Source: Neophaeotheca triangularis (taxonomy: Eukaryota). From it: DNA of 64,000 nucleotides. Of this stretch, positions 59,236 through 64,000 are shown one piece after another. Position 1 is the first letter of the stretch, and each line of letters opens with the position of its first letter. The notes below the pieces were generated by a model. That model was not told the origin of the DNA and did no database searches. It was given only the letters and a program-made list of their open reading frames with translations. Location of the stretch: the NCBI GenBank assembly GCA_054600435.1, contig BAAIJX010000050.1, forward strand, positions 62,001 to 126,000. The letters are read 5' to 3'. A program made the position numbers and the translations under genes.

Positions 59236-60678
59236 ACAATTTGCCTCGCCTTGTAGGGCTCTTGCAAAGCCTCGTATGCGATTTCCACGCATAGCAGAGA
59301 GCCTGGCGGTCATATTCGTTTTCTTACCTAAATCTTAGGGTCTGGTGTTATGCAAACAAGTGAGATGAGGCCTCAAAGGTAAGCAGCAGACACGGGGTCG
59401 AGGAGTGGTATCTCGCAGTTATGAACACATTTTTACAGCGAGGGCCTCATATTGCCCGTAATTTGCGAGGACATAGTAGCATAGTCGAAATAGGGTTACT
59501 TGGGTACTTCCTAGACGATACTGAGGAACCACGCTCGTTAGGGACACCTCATGCCCTCCCCCTTCTCTGTGTTTGAACATTCTGAATTTCTCGTCTATAT
59601 GAACGTGCTGCATTCTTCTAGACATCTGTAAAACTGTCCGCCTGTCTACCTGGGCGTTTCCAGTCTTGCAATCGAAACAGTGACGGTTCTGAAGACGTGC
59701 CCCTGACGCGGTCAAGCCTTTCTAGTGTCAGCCATGCCTCAGCTGATGTTTTCGAAGTTCTGCCTAACTCACTCCACAACTCAGTTTCAGCTCCATCAGT
59801 TTGCTCTCCCCATGTCACCGTCACCATCACCATTATACTTATTACTTCGTGGGTATACGACTATGCATCAGCCATTTATGTTTAGCCCACTATAGCTTCC
59901 GTCTCTTCCAGCCGCCGCTGTACATCTAACAGTACCTCTCAAAATAGCCGCCTAATGAGACGAGCACAATACCCATAAAGTAGCACAAATCAATAACCCG
60001 TACGATTCACCTTTGCTGTGTTTTCTCCCATCTGCCATCGGACAGTGAGCACTAGTCAATCTGTCTCGCACACGAGGGCACTGATGACGGACGAAGCGGC
60101 CAAACATTTGAGCGTCAGCATACCGTCGAAGCAACCAAGCAAGGCAGAGAGCAGAAACACCGCGCTTCATGCGCACGGGAGCACTGCCGCACAGTAGCCG
60201 TACCGGACGATCCTGGCCCTCCAACTGGCACCGATGGAAACCTACGGCTCAAAGCTCACCGAGCTCTCAATGTCACCTGGCGCTTTCACGAAACATCAAA
60301 GCCCTCCAGGAAGCCTTCCTTTTTGGCCCTTGACCGATATAACATCGGCCGAGCCATACCATAGCCTCCAGGCGTGCTGCATCCTAGACAAGCTGCTCGA
60401 TAATTTCGACATCACCTCAGCGATTCACGAAGGGACAGGCGCTTGGTCACCCACTCTTTACCACCACAGCGAGAACCTGATCTGTTGAGAGCTAGGCACA
60501 GTGTCCGAACACACCGTTCACTCTCTTCATCCCTGCAGCAGCGATCACTCGCAGACAAAAGTCTTTCGGATTGTCCGTGGCAGCGGACGGGTGTCGCCTT
60601 TTGAATTTCTGCGGTTTCCCCTCTGTGGGCGATGCGACACTGCTTAAAAAGCCAAATATCCAGCGCAGCTGGCGCTCT

Positions 60679-60958
60679 GCGCCAGGAAAAAAGCCAGGTA
60701 GAAATGGTGTGGGTCGGTTGACGGTGGAATAGGTCTCGCTATCGCCTTTCGCGGTCTGACACTGCTGCCACTAACCCAGCGCCGCTGTAGCACCTTCGTA
60801 GCTCGTCGTTGTAGCGGCGTGCTTTGCTCGACCACCATAGACAGGAGATCGCGCCAGGAGAGAAGAGAGGCGGAAAAGGGGGCGTTCGGTTGGCGGCGGA
60901 ATGGACCTCGCTGTTGCCTTTCGCGGTCGAGCGATGCAGCCACTCACCAAGCGCCGCT
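60679..60958. repeat. Diverged direct repeat of ~108 bp, period 172 bp
   Basis: 60679-60786 aligns without gaps to 60851-60958 (about three-quarters identical by hand count). Shared blocks: GCGCCAGGA, TCGGTTG, CTCGCT, GCCTTTCGCGGTC, GCCACT, AGCGCCGCT. Confidence 0.85.
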
Positions 60959-61399
60959 CGGCCGCGGAAGGCGGGAGATTTAGAGAGATGAGTACCGCTG
61001 CTGGCGATGTGCCTAGCGTGTAGGAAGTCGAAAATGCCGGTGTCTCTAACATAGCGCATAACCTCGAACGCGCACAGGCACCTGTACGTTAGTACGCTGA
61101 TCAGCAGTGTATGGGACTGGCGAGGGAGATAATGGAAGGAGAGACAGGCACGAAGGGAGAGGGGGAGCGAAGAGAGCGACAGCGCGAGGTGAAGGTTGAT
61201 CGTTGTCGTGGCAGGGGTGGTGGAAAGGGGAAGAGGGCTTCTCGTGCTTTGGGTAAATCGAACTTAGCTTACCTTGGAAACCCCGGGCTCGTGCGCCTGA
61301 GGCCTACAGTTTCAGCGCTCAAGACTTATCCTTCTCAAGCCATAGATTACCATGCGAGCACTTTTGTTCCACGGACCACGGCGCTCCCACGGTGGAGAT

Positions 61400-64000
61400 A
61401 ACGACTGCAATACTGCATGTCGTTTCTTGCAATGCCCATGACGCCGCGAGCAATGGCGTGTTAGCGCAATGCGTTAGCAGACGAGGCGCTGAGGATGGAC
61501 ATTTCCCCTAGGCCTTTGGGCTCGTTACAACGACAGCTGTATCACCCAGCCCGTTTGGGCGCAAGGACCTACTGGCGATAAAAATTGCAATCGTGGGCTG
61601 CTCGGCTAAAGGTTCAAACCGGGGAACGCGGCTATCACTTCTTGAAAAAAGAGGCTTTTCCACAGCGGCGAGAGTCTGACTCTGTTTCCTGAGCTGCTAG
61701 ACAGGGCGATGGAAGCTTGCAACCGTTTTCATGACCCGCGGAAGGGAACCGGATAGCAATGATGCGCCATCTAACCAAGTCGGTAGAGAATGTTCAAATC
61801 GCTGCGGACCGACTTGCAAGCAGCAAGCAGCGCGGTTTTTCTGTCTCTCTCGGCCGTTCGTTCGATAGCCTCGAGCTACCCCTCGTCGTGCTACTTCGAT
61901 GGCTGTAATATAGCGTTGCAGACGGTTGGGAGGGCCATCAAGGATTGCTGTGGTACTCCAACGCAATGAGTTCTAAGGCAGCTCTTTCCGAACAAGATTC
62001 GAAGCCTAGGGCTGCGTCTCTACAAACAAAGCTCCTCTAAGTCACTGTCAACAATCCAAGAGACGCCAACTCTTTACCTAGTTAGAGCCCCCTAGAATAA
62101 ATCAGTTCGAAAGGGAGGATATGCCAAGAACTATATACTCCTAAGCCTAGGCCTCTTATAGACATCCCACGATGCCGAGAAGCGCAAACAGAGATGTTGT
62201 TGCATTAGAGCAAGGACCATCTCATAAGATACAAACTCTGTAGCACGAAGCTCCGAGTCACTTTTGCCTCACAACTCTCCGGCCTGTGGGGTCGGAGAAA
62301 TGACGTTGGCGATTTTTGAGACGTTGCCAATCATCGTTCTCGGCCGAAACAAATACCCTAGCATTGTGCCGAACTCTGTAATTCTTTTTGCGGCAGTTCG
62401 CATGTAGAGATCCCGATAGAGGTGGACTCTGCGCGAACTACTGAGAGGTGGCATCCTGTCGGGATCTGGGCACCCGGCGCGACTTTTGCTTAGCATACCT
62501 AGGTAGGGGGCTTGTTGAGCCGCAAAATCCGATCAACTAGATCATCGTGCATCATCGTGCAATTGCGCAGATCAGCATTAATAACTCGCATGCTACTTAC
62601 CTACACTCGACGGGACTCTGTTACGTACTATTTGGAAGGTCTGGCCACATCGGTAAGGGCGGAGCTGCAGCTGCAGCTGCCCAGGAGTGGCCGTATTCCG
62701 GACAAAAGGCTTGCTCGGGAAGACTGGCCTAGGGGCCCTGATCGTCTACTTCTTTTTAGGAAGAGACCGACAATATGGCCAAAACGTTGTTGGGGCTCGA
62801 CGACCACAAGTGACACCAGATAATTATGTTGGGCAGAGGAAACCAGGTAGCGAGAGTAGTCGTTAATACTTGACAGAGGTACGAGTCTACTTCTGACAGT
62901 AGTACGTAGTAATAATATCAATGATTAATCTTTTATTATCATTCCATTTCACCAAACCAACGCGGCTTGTGGAGCAAGATCGATATTTCCCCTTGGGAGC
63001 ACCCCACAACGAATCGACGCTAAAACTTTACTTCATCATCACCATCCATTTCAGGTCAAGCAGTTGGACCTTGGAAGCCACTGGACAAAATTCAAATTCC
63101 ACAGTAAGCGATCGACAGCTGCTCCCGTTCCGCGTCAGCCAGACGATACACCGTACACGGCAGAGACCTGGGAGCTTTTGTAGACGAACTTCCAAGCTTA
63201 TTATGCGATGAGAAGCCGGGAGAAGAGATTACTGGATGAATACCTAGTGTCGCTGCCGTGCGCCACTCACTAGGTAGCAGCGGGAGCGGCATTATTGTGT
63301 CTCAACGACAATAATCGGCCAGTTCTAGAAAAGATTCTCGGCCAGTTCGCAGCTTGTTGTTATCTCGAATTCGTCTATAAACCTCTTCCTGTCCGCCAAG
63401 ATGTTATGCGACCAAGAGTAGTAAGACAACCTTGGAAGGGCTACGAACGTGAAGAATAATACAAACTCCCCGAGTCCGCGCAAAGAAAGTGTACTAGGTA
63501 GTAGTAGTGTACCTCTAACCGCACTCGCTGCTAGAAATACTAACGATACCGGAAGCTTGGTAGTGTACCGTCTGTTGACCAACCCCAGCAACTGCACCTA
63601 GAGCGATAATAGTCAAGATTTGAAAATCTACAAGCATCATCATCTTCGGGACTTTTCTCTCTTAGCATGCATCCTACACCCATGTACCCTGCTCATCGAT
63701 AACTCAGTCCGCCAACAGTTGCTTTGCCTTCGTCGCAATGACGGACATGCGATTCGCCTCTCGCAGCTTCATCCTTGCTTACCATGCCTGTACATATCCC
63801 AAAGTGGGCAGCGTAACGAGCCAAAACGTCAGCAAGCCTCCCAACTCGTGCTTTTCATTACACAAATGCCACGATGTCGCTGAGTTATTCCCCAACAACG
63901 GGCCAATCTAACTGGCTGACTATTCTACGAGAACCCATTGAGCTTGCTTCTATTTGTGCAACAGACTGGTTAGACAAGTGTACCGCCGCCTCGCTTCCTC
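61400..64000. other. Gene-free, TpA/TAG-rich region with fragmented reading frames; possible RIP-degraded element or gene relic
   Basis: No long ORF or recognisable domain. CTAG/TAG/TATA words are abundant (e.g. 62040-62160, 62840-62940, 63480-63610), and coding-like frames are broken mostly by TAG/TAA. Confidence 0.35.

Noticed and set aside
61611..61620. GGTTCAAACC Pol III B-box or tRNA T-loop
   Set aside because: No T-stem pairing, A-box or cloverleaf could be built around it.

Overview
Eukaryotic, intron-containing DNA from a filamentous ascomycete. Short GT-AG introns with CTRAY-type branch sites and the gene content suggest Pezizomycotina, probably Dothideomycetes (inference). The window holds about 17 well-supported protein-coding genes: two Zn2Cys6 transcription factors (one LeuB/Leu3-like), RIB7, NDUFAF3, an RWD/DUF1115 protein, an amidase, a MARVEL-like membrane protein, RTC1/SEA2, an ERCC6L2-type SNF2 ATPase, RRP41, a GNAT acetyltransferase, FRS2, a PAS hybrid histidine kinase, RPC34, SLX4, a GCPII/Vps70-like peptidase and an Osh6/7-type lipid transfer protein. 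There is also one candidate small orphan gene. Exon structures were reconstructed by hand and keep frame. The gene-poor stretches (1-3.7 kb, 6.8-12.2 kb, 14.4-17.2 kb, 57.4-64 kb) contain decayed, RIP-like reading frames and two diverged tandem duplications (about 198-bp and 172-bp periods). I recognised no tRNA, rRNA, CRISPR array or intact transposase, and I found no clear-cut novel multi-gene system. The best leads are SreA-type iron-repression sites between the first TF and RIB7, a possible splice-created uORF in that TF's leader, the tandem repeats in the distal relic region, a RIP-like pseudogene, two unexplained convergent intergenic regions and a recurrent C-to-G strand-skew switch at gene 3' ends.
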